Assembly (NCBI GenBank): GCA_028534125.1
Contig: CM052820.1
Coordinates: forward strand, 6,138,001 to 6,202,000
Source: Lama glama
Taxonomy: Eukaryota
Direction of reading: 5' to 3'
DNA: 64,000 nucleotides
The notes under the pieces are model-generated. The model saw only the letters and a list, made by a program, of their open reading frames with translations, was not told the DNA's origin and searched no databases. How positions within the stretch are numbered: the stretch's first letter is position 1; every line of letters begins with the position of its first letter. Positions 1 through 12,035 of this stretch are shown one piece after another. The translations under genes were made by a program, and so were the position numbers.

Positions 1-299
1 GGCCCTTGGAGGTGGGGTATCTGGAAGGGAGGCCGAGGCTAAGCGTCAGGCCCTGAGATCCCTCCTGAAGTCTCTGGGCAAGCCAGCCTTGGCACCCGCC
101 TGGCCCCCCCGGATTCCTTGCCCCCAACACAGTTCTGGATGGAGCTCACAGCCCGGCCCCTGGCCCCATGTTGCCTTCGCTTGGGTTCTGAGTGCCCTGC
201 CCGCTCCCTACAGAGCTGTCCTTTTGGCTCCCAGCTCGGAGTCTGCGTGAATGCTGTAGACATGGGTTCAAATTTCAGCTTCAGTGCTTTTGAGCTGGG

Positions 300-450
300 T
301 GAGCCTGGGCTACTTTCTTTCCTTCCCTGGGCCTTAGTTTCCTCTGTGTAAATTGGGGCCAGTGACAGGGGCCCCTGGCAGGTTCACTGTGAGACTCTGT
401 GTGGTGAAGCAGGCAGAGAGCTTGGACAGAGCATGAGCATAGGAGATGCT
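300..450 (+). mobile_element. MIR SINE fragment
   Basis: Degenerate MIR core gccttagtttcctctgtgtaaattgggg. Confidence 0.55.
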
Positions 451-3400
451 CTACACCTGTTACTGGGGGTGGGGGGTAGGGCCCACCATAGCTGTTGGTT
501 AGAGGGCATCCAGGTCCCAGCTGGGGTCTGCTCTGGTCAGCCCAGGCCAGGGACCAGGTTCCAGGCTGGGCACATAGGGCATTTGTCTCAGCTGCCTCCC
601 TCAGGTGAGGACCCCCGGGGCTGTGGGGACTCCCAGGGATCCTGGAAGCTTGAGACAGACCTAAAGGGGGGCAGGAGGGCTGGGGACAAGGCACTCTGGC
701 AGAGGGGACATATAACAAAGGCACCGAGGTGGGGGTACAATCCCCTTGAGGAGGTGGGAATTTGGGAATCTTGAGTGAGGAGGCTAGAAAGGGGGCTGGA
801 GCCAGACCAAGGCAGCCTCAGAAACCATGCTGAGGGTCCCAGAGGGTGTGGGGCGGGAACGGGCATGGGGCAGCAGCAGAGTGGGCAAGGGGAAGACACC
901 CCCTTCCTCCAGTCAGGAAGGGAGAACTAAGGGCCAGAACTGGCACAGGATGAGCTGGGAAGGAGGAGGGGAGAGAGAAGCATTTCCAGAGTGGGACGCT
1001 GGGACTTGGGCCTGAAGTAGGGAGTGAGGAAGAGGAGGAGAAACGAAAAATGAGCTGGATTTGGAATGTGGAGAGCCTCTGGAGCCGCAGGTACAGATGG
1101 GACCTTGGGACAGAATTGAGGGGCTGTGCCACCACCTGGGCAGAGCCTCCAGGGGATGGAGTGGAGCTGGAGCAGGGAGGGTGGGCAGGGTGGGCTGAGA
1201 GATAGGGTGAGAGGCAGGATGCCAGACAAGGCTTGGGCTTTGGAGACCAGACAGGTGTGGGCAAGACCACCTGTGTCCCTGGGTTAGGGATGGAGACAAT
1301 GCGGACTTCTGTGTGGGAGAGGCTGGTGGAGGCCTGTGGGTACAGGGCACCAAATTACACATCTCCTGGTGTCCCAGTTATTAAAAAGAAAAAGAAAAAG
1401 GAAAAGAAAGCAACGTTGGCAGGTGCCTAGACGCTCATGCTGAGGTAGTCAAGAGCTTACCTTATCTTGGGAAAGACTGGGAAGGGGATGTGTGTGAGGG
1501 AAGGCTTTCAGGTCCCCAACAGGCTTAGGTTAAGTCTTTTAAAACAAGAATGTGTGTGTGTGTATATATATACACTATGAATTTAAAACCTGATCTAGAG
1601 GTTGGTAGATGACCCCAAAGAAGAGTCTCTGCACAGTGGGAATGGAAATCGCCTTCCTGGGGGATACTTCAAACTGGCCGTTTCATAGGCCGAACACAGC
1701 TGTGTGAGAACGTTCCATGTCTATCAGATGCACTGGCTCTGCCCTGCTCTGGGCTATACAGTTGAGTAAACTATACAACTACTACACAGGAAGCATAGCT
1801 GGGGCCCAGGAAGAGCGAGCCCAGGTCCACGGAACTAGCACAGGACCAGAGAGGGAAGCTGGCACCTCAAGAAGGATGAGTGGCACTTGGCCAATGGAAG
1901 AGGTTCTGGGAGAAGTGCTAAGGCCCTGAAGTGAGGGAGAGCCTGCTACGTTCTGGGAAATGAAAGTATAACAGAGTGACCAGGGAAGAGAGGTAGGGGA
2001 TCAGGAGACAGACAGAGCAGAGCAGAGGACAGGAAGATCACGGCCTTGGGCCACCTAGGTGTAAGTTCTATCCTGGGGGTGAGGAGGGGCTCTGGGAGCT
2101 GGAGGCCAGTGTGGGGCCTGGGGTAGCTGTCCAGGTTGGAGTGGGCATAGTAAAGTGCTGGGACCTAGCAGGGGAGATCAGCTGGTGGTCTGCTCTGGGG
2201 AGAATCTTGAGCTCAGCCCAGTGACGGCCAGGAAGTTTGGGAAGGAGTTGGACCAAGCCAGGGAGCCCAAGGGCTGCCCTCCAAGCCCAGGGATCTGGCA
2301 GCAAGCAGAGTGCAGGGTCCCTAGCCCCCTGCCTGGCCAGGAGCAGACCCCACTCAGAGCTCAGCAGGAGTGATGGTCACCTTTCACCCCATCTGGTGAT
2401 AGCAACAGACTGGAGGAATAGGCTGGGTGTAGGAGTACATGGGCCCTAGGGATCCCCCAGAGCTGCTGTGGACACCTAGCTTTCCAACAGGAATCTGAGT
2501 CAGCACCATGTTGCCCTCCCGCCCAAGGCTCCGGCCTCTCCCTGCCCCCTCCCTGCCACCCCAGCCACTTGGGAGAGTCGTTTCATTTCTCAAATTAAAA
2601 ATCCATTTTGTGCTGTGAATAATAGATGGGATGAGTCCTAGGAGGCCAGGCAGAAGCCAGGAAGCTGGTTGTGGGGGATGTTTTCCTGGGCAGGGAAGAT
2701 CCCACAGCACTGTTGGTGGGGGTGGGGGAGCCAGTCAGGCAGGGTGGAGGCCGAGGGCATCTCCAGATCAGAGGCAGAGATAGGAGGTTCAGGCTCGAGC
2801 AGCAGGCAGATGGGGCCCAGTCCGTCCCCATAAGTGCAGAAATGAGTCTGATCAGGATGGGCTCCAGGCAGGGCCAGGCTGCCTCCAGGATGGCAGCCTT
2901 CCTTTGAAGTCAAGCATTTAGCAACTCATCTGGTGGAAGCTTAATAGACGTGAGTCATTAGTGTGGAGACTGCTGTCCCCATAGAGTGGGACATAGAAGA
3001 GGCTGCTCTGTGCCCCTTTCCTAGAATCCAGACCCATGATGCCCACCCAGCATGGGGTGGGATGGGATCTGGGAAGGGAAGACACAGAGGGTCCCCTCAC
3101 CTCTGCCCTTTGCACCAGCCCCCTTCTCTCACCAATCAGCTCTTGTCAATGCTCCCCTGTTCCCCTCCACCCCAAAATGAGAATCCAGTTACCTCCTCAG
3201 GGCTGGGCTGGGTCCTCTCATTCTCTTGCTCTTCAGGGAGTCATTTTGACAATGGGAGGGGCACCCCAGGACCCTCAAAAAGACGGAGGGAGCTAGAGGC
3301 CAGATGAGGCCTCAACTCAGCTTCCCTTTCTGAGAAGGGACAGAAGAGCACAGGAGGCGGGGCCTGGTCACCCTTATTGGTGGGCGATGCTGGGGGGACT

Positions 3401-3497
3401 GGGACTGAGTGGTCATGGGCCCAGTCCCCAGTCACCTCCTGTGAGCCCTGGTTGCTGTGCTCAGCCCTGGGGGAGCCTCTGGGGCTGGGTGTGGAGG

Positions 3498-3997
3498 NNN
3501 NNNNNNNNNNNNNNNNNNNNNNNNNNNNNNNNNNNNNNNNNNNNNNNNNNNNNNNNNNNNNNNNNNNNNNNNNNNNNNNNNNNNNNNNNNNNNNNNNNNN
3601 NNNNNNNNNNNNNNNNNNNNNNNNNNNNNNNNNNNNNNNNNNNNNNNNNNNNNNNNNNNNNNNNNNNNNNNNNNNNNNNNNNNNNNNNNNNNNNNNNNNN
3701 NNNNNNNNNNNNNNNNNNNNNNNNNNNNNNNNNNNNNNNNNNNNNNNNNNNNNNNNNNNNNNNNNNNNNNNNNNNNNNNNNNNNNNNNNNNNNNNNNNNN
3801 NNNNNNNNNNNNNNNNNNNNNNNNNNNNNNNNNNNNNNNNNNNNNNNNNNNNNNNNNNNNNNNNNNNNNNNNNNNNNNNNNNNNNNNNNNNNNNNNNNNN
3901 NNNNNNNNNNNNNNNNNNNNNNNNNNNNNNNNNNNNNNNNNNNNNNNNNNNNNNNNNNNNNNNNNNNNNNNNNNNNNNNNNNNNNNNNNNNNNNNNN
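3498..3997. other. Assembly gap, exactly 500 N (fixed-size scaffolding join)
   Basis: Counted 500 consecutive N; the round size contrasts with the irregular sizes of the other gaps. Confidence 0.95.
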
Positions 3998-6938
3998 CAG
4001 CTAGGCTTTGCTGTGTTGGGTTTTCAGAGCAGCTGCATACGTTGGCCACTGCCTCTTTGTTTGACTCAACAGACATGGGCCGGGCACTTGGTCCGAGTCA
4101 CCCTGTGAGATCTCTTCCCACTTGGGTGCCCACCATTGGAGAAGTGTGCTCAGAAGGGAGAGTAATTGTGTTCAATTCCTCTTCAATAAATAAAGCCGCC
4201 TCTAAGTGATTTATATTCATGATGGCCTTTGTCATCAAGCACAGCAACTCCCTAAGGCTCTGGAGGCTTCCTGCCCAACCACCAAGAAAAAGCCACAATG
4301 CCCCAGAGAGCTGGGGAGTGGCAATGAAGACGGATCAGAAACACTTCCCCACAGAGAGCACAGCCAAAAGCTGAGAGAGCCAAACACGTTCTGGTCACCT
4401 GCCAGGCAGCTGCAGGAGGTGACAGCCATGGGCACCTTTCTTCAGGCTTGGAGCCAGTGTGCAATCCCGTGGCCCGTCTCTTGTGTGGAGATACTCGCCC
4501 CGGAGTATCTCAGGCCTCTGTGGCCTGGGCCTGGGTGCTGACTTCCAGCTACCCAACAGAGGGTATTTACAGCAGAGGCATTTGCTCCTTTAAGCATCTG
4601 AACAGACCCTAGAGTCTGGTGCAGCATTCTGGCACGGAAGGGGTGCAGGCACGTGCCCCACTTGCCAGGAACTGAGTGGGCCTGTTCATCAGAGGACTGG
4701 CCTGAATACCACCAGCTTCTCTAGAACTCCTTGAAGTCTTGGAAAGGGAGACAGGTTTCCTTGGGTTTAAAAACTACCCAGCTGAGCCATCAGGTCAGAA
4801 AGGTTAGCTTTAGGAGCCAAAGAGCCATCCTTCCTCTGAGACGGGAATCTGCGGATGCACAAATACCCAGAGGGGCAGGAGAGACATAGGTCACGTCAGG
4901 AAATTCTGAAAAAGGTATGCATGTGACAGGTGGAGAGAGGTACAGAGAAAACAAAAATGCTAATTTTCCCCATCCTGTCTCACCAGTCAAATCATGTCAC
5001 CATGTGCTCAAAAAGCATTTGGAAAAAACCAGCTGAAGGGTTCCAAGTCACACTGGATTGCCGCAACCCCAGGAGGCTCCCGAGAACGGAGAGAATTGCA
5101 ACCAGCGCAGAGAGCTGAGTAGAGGGAACAGCAGAGTCATACAGAGTCGTACAAAGGAAATTTAACAAGAAGGAAGAAAAAGTTGTTTGCTTAATGTAGC
5201 CCTGTGTTAAATCAACCAAGGAAACTCTCTTTTATAAGGTCTTTGAGAGTTTCAAAATGTTTAGTTTCGAGAGTTTCTTGTGTCCTAGAATTTTCTGTCT
5301 TGGGTCATCCTCGGGTAGTTATTTGGGTGGTAGGAAGGGGCATTCTCATTGCGGCTCAGGCCCAGGGCCTATCTGGGTTTGGGTCTCTACCCTCCTCACA
5401 TTCTCCCTTCCTCCCGCCAAATCTCAGCAGAGGAAGATTCTCTGTATCTGCATAGGGCTCATAATCCTCAAATTGGGACAGCGAAAACTATAAAGGCCTT
5501 AAAAATACATAGTTCTACCCAATAACCTAAGCAGCCTGACCAGGAGGAAAGCCCTCAGTCCTCACCACCCACCTCCCTGGCATCAGACAAAAGCCCAAAT
5601 GGCAGCAGAGGCCAGGGAAGGCCCTGTACCTGGCCTGGCAGGTGGCTCAGCCACGTGGCTGGGAAGAGCCCCAGGTGCAGCCCTGCAGGGTCACAGGTGG
5701 GCAGGGAGGGCTCCTTTCAGCATGAGACTTGTGGCTGCCCCAGTGCACTTCCATAATAATGGAAATCAGAGAAAGGTGGGACGGTGCAGATGACAGTGAT
5801 ATGAGGAGACTTGGAAGAGGGAAAAAGAAAAATGTTAAATATCCCCGTGAAGTGGTTTAACAACTCTTTTCTTGGAGATCTGACAAACATAGTATTTTTT
5901 GTGACCTTGGGGGTTACATATTCAATATTCTACCAGGGAATTGGGGAGGGCTTGGGTCCAAGACCATCTGTTAGAATCCCTGCTCAGCTGTATCAGCCAT
6001 GAGATTCTTCTGTAAAACAACAAGGCAAAACCTTCCCCACAAGGTTAACATAAGGAGTCATAGTCTTAGGATAAACATCTGGTCTTTTTCTCTCAAATAC
6101 CAAATTGGATTCCATTTGCCTACCTCCTAGTATACAAAGTACCACTGCCACAGTTCAAAATTAGAAGTATTCTCAAATGGAAAGATCATCTTGGGGAAAA
6201 GTAAAATCAAATGTACACTAAGGGAATTCTAGTGTTAAGTTTTCACAATTTAAAAGTCAGTTTGGGATAAAATCCCTTTTTTCTGAGATCAGGAGTAAGA
6301 CATGGACACCTGCCATTATCATTTCCATTAAATACTGTACAGCACCATAGGACAAGAAAAAGAAACATGTGGTGTGATATTGGAAAGGAAAAAGTAAAAC
6401 TGCTGTCATTTGTAGATGACATGACTGGATATAGAGAAAATCAGAGAGAATCTAAAAACAAATTATTTGAATTTAATAAACTAATTTAGCAAGGTCACTG
6501 GATATAGCATCAATAAAAAGGAACTGTCTTTCCATACATCAGCAACAAAGAGAAAGGGAAATCTATAAATGCCATTTAAAATAGTATCACAAATATTAAA
6601 TACTTATGAGTAAATCTAATGAAAGATGATCAAGAAGACTGCTGCACAAAAATTTATAAAATATTATTGAGAAAAATTAAAGGAGACTTAAATAAACAGT
6701 GGGTTATACCATGTTTGTGGAGTAGAAGACAATCACAAAAGTGTTAATTTTTCCCCAGACTGATTTAGATCTAAAGCAATCTCAACATAAATCCCAGCAG
6801 GTTTGTGTGCATGTGTGTGGCAACTGACAGATTCTAAAATATAAATGGAAATGGAAAGGGCCAAGAATAGCCTAGGTGCCCTTTACAGAAGAGGAGCAAG
6901 GTAGAAAGTAACTACTGAATATCAAGACTTTTAATAAA

Positions 6939-7691
6939 AAACTGAAAACAGAGTTACCCTACCATCCAGCAGTCCCACTCCTGGACATATATCTGGAGGA
7001 AACTCCAATTTGAAAAGATATCCAGAGGGAACCTTAATTCAAAAAGACACCTGCACCCCAGTGTTCACAGCAGCACTACTTACAATAGTCAAGACACAGA
7101 AGCAACCTAAATGTCCAACAGATGATTGNNNNNNNNNNNNNNNNNNNNNNNNNNNNNNNNNNNNNNNNNNNNNNNNNNNNNNNNNNNNNNNNNNNNNNNN
7201 NNNNNNNNNNNNNNNNNNNNNNNNNNNNNNNNNNNNNNNNNNNNNNNNNNNNNNNNNNNNNNNNNNNNNNNNNNNNNNNNNNAAGTGAAGTAAGCCAGTA
7301 AGAAAAGGAAAAATACCATATGGTATCATTTACATGTGGAATCTAAAAAAATGACCCAAATCATCTTATTTACAAAACAGAAACAGACTTACAGACATAG
7401 AAAACAAACCTGTGGCTACCAGAGGAGAAAGGGGAAGGTGAAGGGATAAATTGGGAGTTCGGGATCTGCAGATACTAACTAATATACATAAAATAGATAA
7501 ACAACAAGTTTATACTGTATAGCACAGGGAAGTATATTCAATATCTTGTAATAGCCTATAATGAAAAGAATATGAAGAGGAATATATATATGTTTTATAT
7601 ATATATAAAACATATATATAAAAAACTGAATCACTATGTTGTATATCAGAAATTAACACAACATTGTAAACCAACTATGTATCAATAAAAA
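6939..7691 (+). mobile_element. Younger lineage-specific L1, 5'-truncated, with 15-bp TSD
   Basis: ORF2 C-terminus KDTCTPVFTAALLTIVKTQKQPKCP, then an artiodactyl-type 3' UTR ending caataaaaaaa. TSD aagacttttaataaa (6924-6938) and aagacttctaataaa (7692-7706), 1 mismatch. Confidence 0.9.
7129..7282. other. Assembly gap inside a young L1
   Basis: N run flanked on both sides by L1 3' sequence. Confidence 0.95.
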
Positions 7692-8000
7692 AAGACTTCT
7701 AATAAAGGTAGAATAATTAAGACAGTGTGGTACTGGCACAAGAAGAGACATGCAGATGAGTGAAATAGAACAGACTGCATATATAGACCCATGTGTATAT
7801 GGATTCTTCATTTTGAAAAAAGTGGCACTGTGGGGCAGTGAGGAAGTCTTCTCAACAAATGTTGCTGGGTCATTTAGTTGTCCATGTGGAAAAAATAAAG
7901 CTTGCTGTATCATATTCAAAAATCAATTTTCTGAGTAGATTATAGGTCTAAAATAGAAAAGGTAAAACAATAGAGCTTTCAGAAGATACTGTAAGAAAAA

Positions 8001-8396
8001 TTTGATGGTTAACTTTGTGTGTCAACTGGATGGACCAGAGTGCCCAGTTTAAATATTATTTCTGAGTGTCTCTGGGTGTTTCTGGTGTCTGGGAGCACCT
8101 GAATCAGATTCAGTCAAGTAGGCTGCCCTCCCCAGTCAGGGAGGCCTGAACAGAACAAAAGGCTGAGGAGGGAGGAGTTTTCTCTTCTCACTGCTTTAGC
8201 TGATCATCTCTTCTTCTCTTCTCCTGCCGCAGACTGGAGTTTACCATTGACCTTCCTGGTTCTCAGCTAAATTATACCACTAGCTTTCCTGGGCCTCCAT
8301 AATCGCATGAGCCCATCCCTCATAATAAATCTTTCATATGTAAATGTAAATGTATATCCTATTGGTTGGTTCTATTTCTTAGAGAACTCTAACACA
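8001..8396 (+). mobile_element. MLT2-family (ERVL) solo LTR inserted into the old L1
   Basis: Starts tgatggttaactttgtgtgtcaact; ends cctattggttggttctatttcttagagaactctaacaca; internal aataaa. Confidence 0.8.
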
Positions 8397-10645
8397 AATA
8401 TGTCTTTGTGATCATTGCATAGTTTTCTTAAATGGAATATGTGAAGAATTAACCAACAAGAAACACTGATACATTGAACTACATTGAAATGAAGAACTTC
8501 CGTTCATCAAAACACCACCAAAGAGAGTAAAAAGGCAAGCTACCGAGTTGAAGAAGATATTTGCAACGTGTATAACCAGCAAAGGACTCAGACCCAGAAT
8601 AGAGAACTACAAGTCAATAAGAAAACTCAGAAGAATAACAGGCATGAAATATGAAAAGGAAATCTACTGAACAATTAATATATGAAATCTCGTATGTTGC
8701 TGGCAGAAGTGTTAACCTGGTACAATCACTTCGGAAACTGGCAGTATCCACTAAAGTGGGTATTTTCTCTATCAGTCAGCAATTTCACTCCTAGGTATAG
8801 ACTCAAAAGAAATGTACGCATATGTGCACCAAAAGACAAGTATAAGCAGAATTATTTATAATAATTCCAAATAGTAACCAACCCAAATGTTGAATACATG
8901 AACACAGATTGGGTAAATTATGATGTATTCATACAAAGGAAGTCTTATAGCATTGCAAATGAATAGACTAGAACTATATGCGGCAACAAAGATGAATTCT
9001 CACAAACATAATGCTGAAAGAAGAAAGTCACACACATGGGAGAACACGCTGAATGATTCCATTGACACAAAGCTCAAAGCTAGGCAAGACAATCTATCGT
9101 GTTAGAAGTTATGATGGTGGATTCCTTTCTGGAGGAGAGAAGAGGCATGAAATGTCCTGTTTCTTGATCAGGGTGATAGTTATATGAGTGTTTTTGTTTT
9201 CTATTAACTCTTTGAATTATATGCACACTAGTTGTGCACTTTTCTCTATGCATGTCAGAGTTCAAAAATAAGTTTTACAAAATGAGTTTAATGTATGTAT
9301 GTATTTTCCAGTGTGTGGACCATGGAGAAAAATAGTGGAGTGGATATTAAGTCGCACTACACACTGAGACACGGACCAGTGTGCATGATGTGTCTGCGTC
9401 TGGTCTCTGCCCAGTACAATCTCCCCACTGTTGCTGGCTTCCACATTTTCTCACTTTGACCAGTTCCACCTTAGAATGCCAGCAGGAGCTGAAGGGCTGG
9501 GATTTCTACTGGGGGCTGAGCACCCTAGCCCAGCAGCATAGGAAACCTCTACTGAGACAATTTGGTGTTTTAAAGCATGACAGTAGGCACCCCCACCCCC
9601 GATTCTCCTGCGAGGTAGGGAAAGGGTGCTGACTCAACACAGCTGAGTAAGAGCTTTCCCCCTGTCCTGGCCATCTGTGGGTTGCATCACACCTGTGGGA
9701 GATGGGGTGACTGTAACCCAAGGTAAGGTAAGCCACACAGGAGGCGGCCACGCTGACCCAGGCCTTGCTGCCCTCCCTGCCTAGGCCCCACCCCCATCGT
9801 GTGTCACATGGCTAAGGCAGCACCCCAGGGAGAAGCCTGCTGGCTCTACCTGTTGTTTATAGCTTGACCTGAGGCAGGGCATCTCGCAGGGAGCGGTTTC
9901 CCTTTCTATCAGTGGGAGTGTTCATACTCCCTTCCCTTCCTATAGGGAAGACTGAGGTCAAATGAAACACTGCGTTTTGGCACCCAGGATAGCATTATTG
10001 CTGCTGCATGGTGTGAGGTAATGGGAGGGAAGAGGAGCCACCGCCATCTCTCTGCTCAGTGTGCAAAGCAGAGGAGCACACCCCTCACTGATCCCCATCT
10101 TGATTCCAGCAGCTTTTAAGTGGGAGTCGTTTCTGCATCACACCAATGCCTAACACTAAAGGCTGTGATGGAAAACACTGAGCTCACACCTGCACTGCAA
10201 GTGGCCAACTCCAACACGCACGCTGCAGCTGCAGGCTTGCTCCCATGAGGTCACTTCTGGCACCTCTCGCTGGTTGAGTTGCCTCCAATTTCCCAAAGCA
10301 CCCCCTCCCCCTCGATTTCCAGCTCCCCTTTCTCCTAACCAAGGCTTCACCGTGAACAAGAAAGGCATTCTTCACTCTAAGCTGGCAGTGTCAGTGGGAG
10401 GTCCAGAGCTCTCAGGTAACACTGCTACTTAGCCTGAGGAACTGGCATCAGGTTCAAGGTGCAGACACAGAATGTCATTTTAAAAGTACCGGAAAGTGCT
10501 GGTGTTGGTTTGAAGTTATCAGGGCTGCTGGGGAATATTCCCTCTGCTTATTGAGGTGATGGAAGAGGATAAGAACCAAGCAGAAGGGGATACAAATTCC
10601 ATGCAGGGCTTTATCCAGGAGCCCCTGCTCTTTCTCCTGCCTGAA

Positions 10646-11035
10646 TGTTGTGGCCACGAAAAGGCACCTCTTGGCTCTCAGCCACGGGAGCATTAATTGC
10701 CTGATGGCCCAGCTGCAGCCCCTGAGCCACCACTGCATCTGCACTGAGGCCACACCCCAGAGGGCTGCTCCCAGCCAGTGACTGAGCACTCGGAGGAGCC
10801 CGCAGGAGGTGAGACACCCCCAGCAGGCAACTGTGGCTGAAGGACCTCCCATCCGCCTGGCTGAACCTCATCTTAAAACTGGGCTGCAGCCTGAGACTCT
10901 TCCTCCCCAGCCCTCCTTCTCCTTCGCCCTCCTCCACAGGGGCTGAACCTGTATTGAGGTCTGAAGACATGCTTCCTGCCTTCTCTTCTTCTAATCCTGT
11001 CCTGGTGTCTGCTTCTCAGCAGACCTGATGTGACA
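10646..11035 (+). mobile_element. LTR16-like ERVL 5' LTR
   Basis: tg...ca ends; motifs ctgctcccagccagtgactgagca, aaggacctcccatccgcctggctgaacct, and terminal ctaatcctgtcctggtgtctgcttctcagcagacct. Confidence 0.7.
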
Positions 11036-12035
11036 TGGGTCGTGCTGGAGTGAGTCTGAGAGGGGCAGAAAGATGGCATTTAGGGCTTGGCTCGCTCCTA
11101 CCTTCTGAGTGGAAGGTGGGGCATGGAGAGTCCAGGGTGCAAAGTGGGGGCACAAATGCTCACAGACTCACCAGTGGCGACCTGGGAAAGAGCCTTTGCT
11201 CGATGTTGATTCAAGCATTTGAAAGCCCAGGAGGCAAAGCATCTGCCCAAGCCCTGCCGCCCACTGGCTCCTGGGAGGCGAGCTGAAGCCCAGCAGGCGG
11301 ACGACGACAGACTGAGCGCCCTCAACCAGCAACTGCAGGCCAAGTGGAAGGGGCTGAGGGCCTCTTTGGCAGTTTACAGAAAGGTGGCCCCCGTTCCCCA
11401 GGGAGGGCCAGCGACACCCCTGTGCTGCAAGACCTGCAGAGGTCCCACCTTCTCCTTGAAAGCATCCTCCACCTCACTTCTGGGGCTTCCAGGCCCTTAA
11501 CTAGCTTTGAATGCCAGAGTAATCCAGCCAGGGATGTGCTGGGCCTGAATAAGGGAGGAAAGAGATAATATACCAAGAGTGTGAACGATTTGAGGGGCTT
11601 GATCAAAGGGGCTGAGAAATAAGAAGAGATGAGCAAGAATTCACTCCTTTGGGCACATTTTCCTGGGATGTGGGATTCAACACCCTTTCAAAGACCCTAG
11701 GGGATGGGGCAAACTCAGTGCTGGGGTGGTCCGTAGAAGACTGCAGAAAGTGACAGCTAAGGTTGAACAAGAGGGCATGAGCCACCTGGCAGCAGCAGAA
11801 GGAGTAAAGAGGCTGAGGGAGGGGGCCATGAAGGGTCCAGAAGACCCAGCAGAGGCCTATGCTCTATGGAGGCCTCACAGGACACCCGCTTCACCAGGGT
11901 CATCAGAAATGTGCAGGTGAGAGGGAAGCCAGCATCATTTAGGAGTTTGGTGGTGGCTCTGCTCTGCAGGTCAGAGAGGACAGCAGGGGAGGCAGTCACA
12001 GAGCTGGGCTCATTAACACCCAGGGGGCTGATGAA
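11036..12035 (+). mobile_element. ERVL (ERV3-16A3-like) internal region with degraded gag
   Basis: Immediately follows the LTR. ORF 11866..12096 (DTRFTRVIRNVQVRGKPASFRSLVVALLCRSERTAGEAVTELGSL) resembles ERVL gag, and ORF 11219..11500 (DDRLSALNQQLQAKWKGLRASLAVYRK) resembles its N-terminal coiled region. Frames are broken. Confidence 0.75.

Larger units (their letters stand above)
6270..9280 (+). mobile_element. Old L1M-type LINE (ORF2 3' part and 3' UTR), interrupted by a young L1 and an MLT2 LTR
   Basis: ORF2-like motifs (atttgtagatgacatg = F.DDM reverse-transcriptase motif; gacagtgtggtactggca; gcaatttcactcctaggtata), A-rich sense strand, many stops. Confidence 0.85.

Noticed and set aside
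39-3435. Many overlapping Pro/Gly/Ser-rich ORFs in the GC-rich block
   Set aside because: Expected from stop-codon scarcity at high GC. I recognised no ALPI, ECEL1 or DIS3L2 peptide and no consistent exon structure.
3377-4209. Long ORFs of 200-250 aa (similar ones at 21624-22266, 29609-30133, 31911-32224 and 61644-61946)
   Set aside because: Their length comes from N gaps translated as X; they are artefacts.
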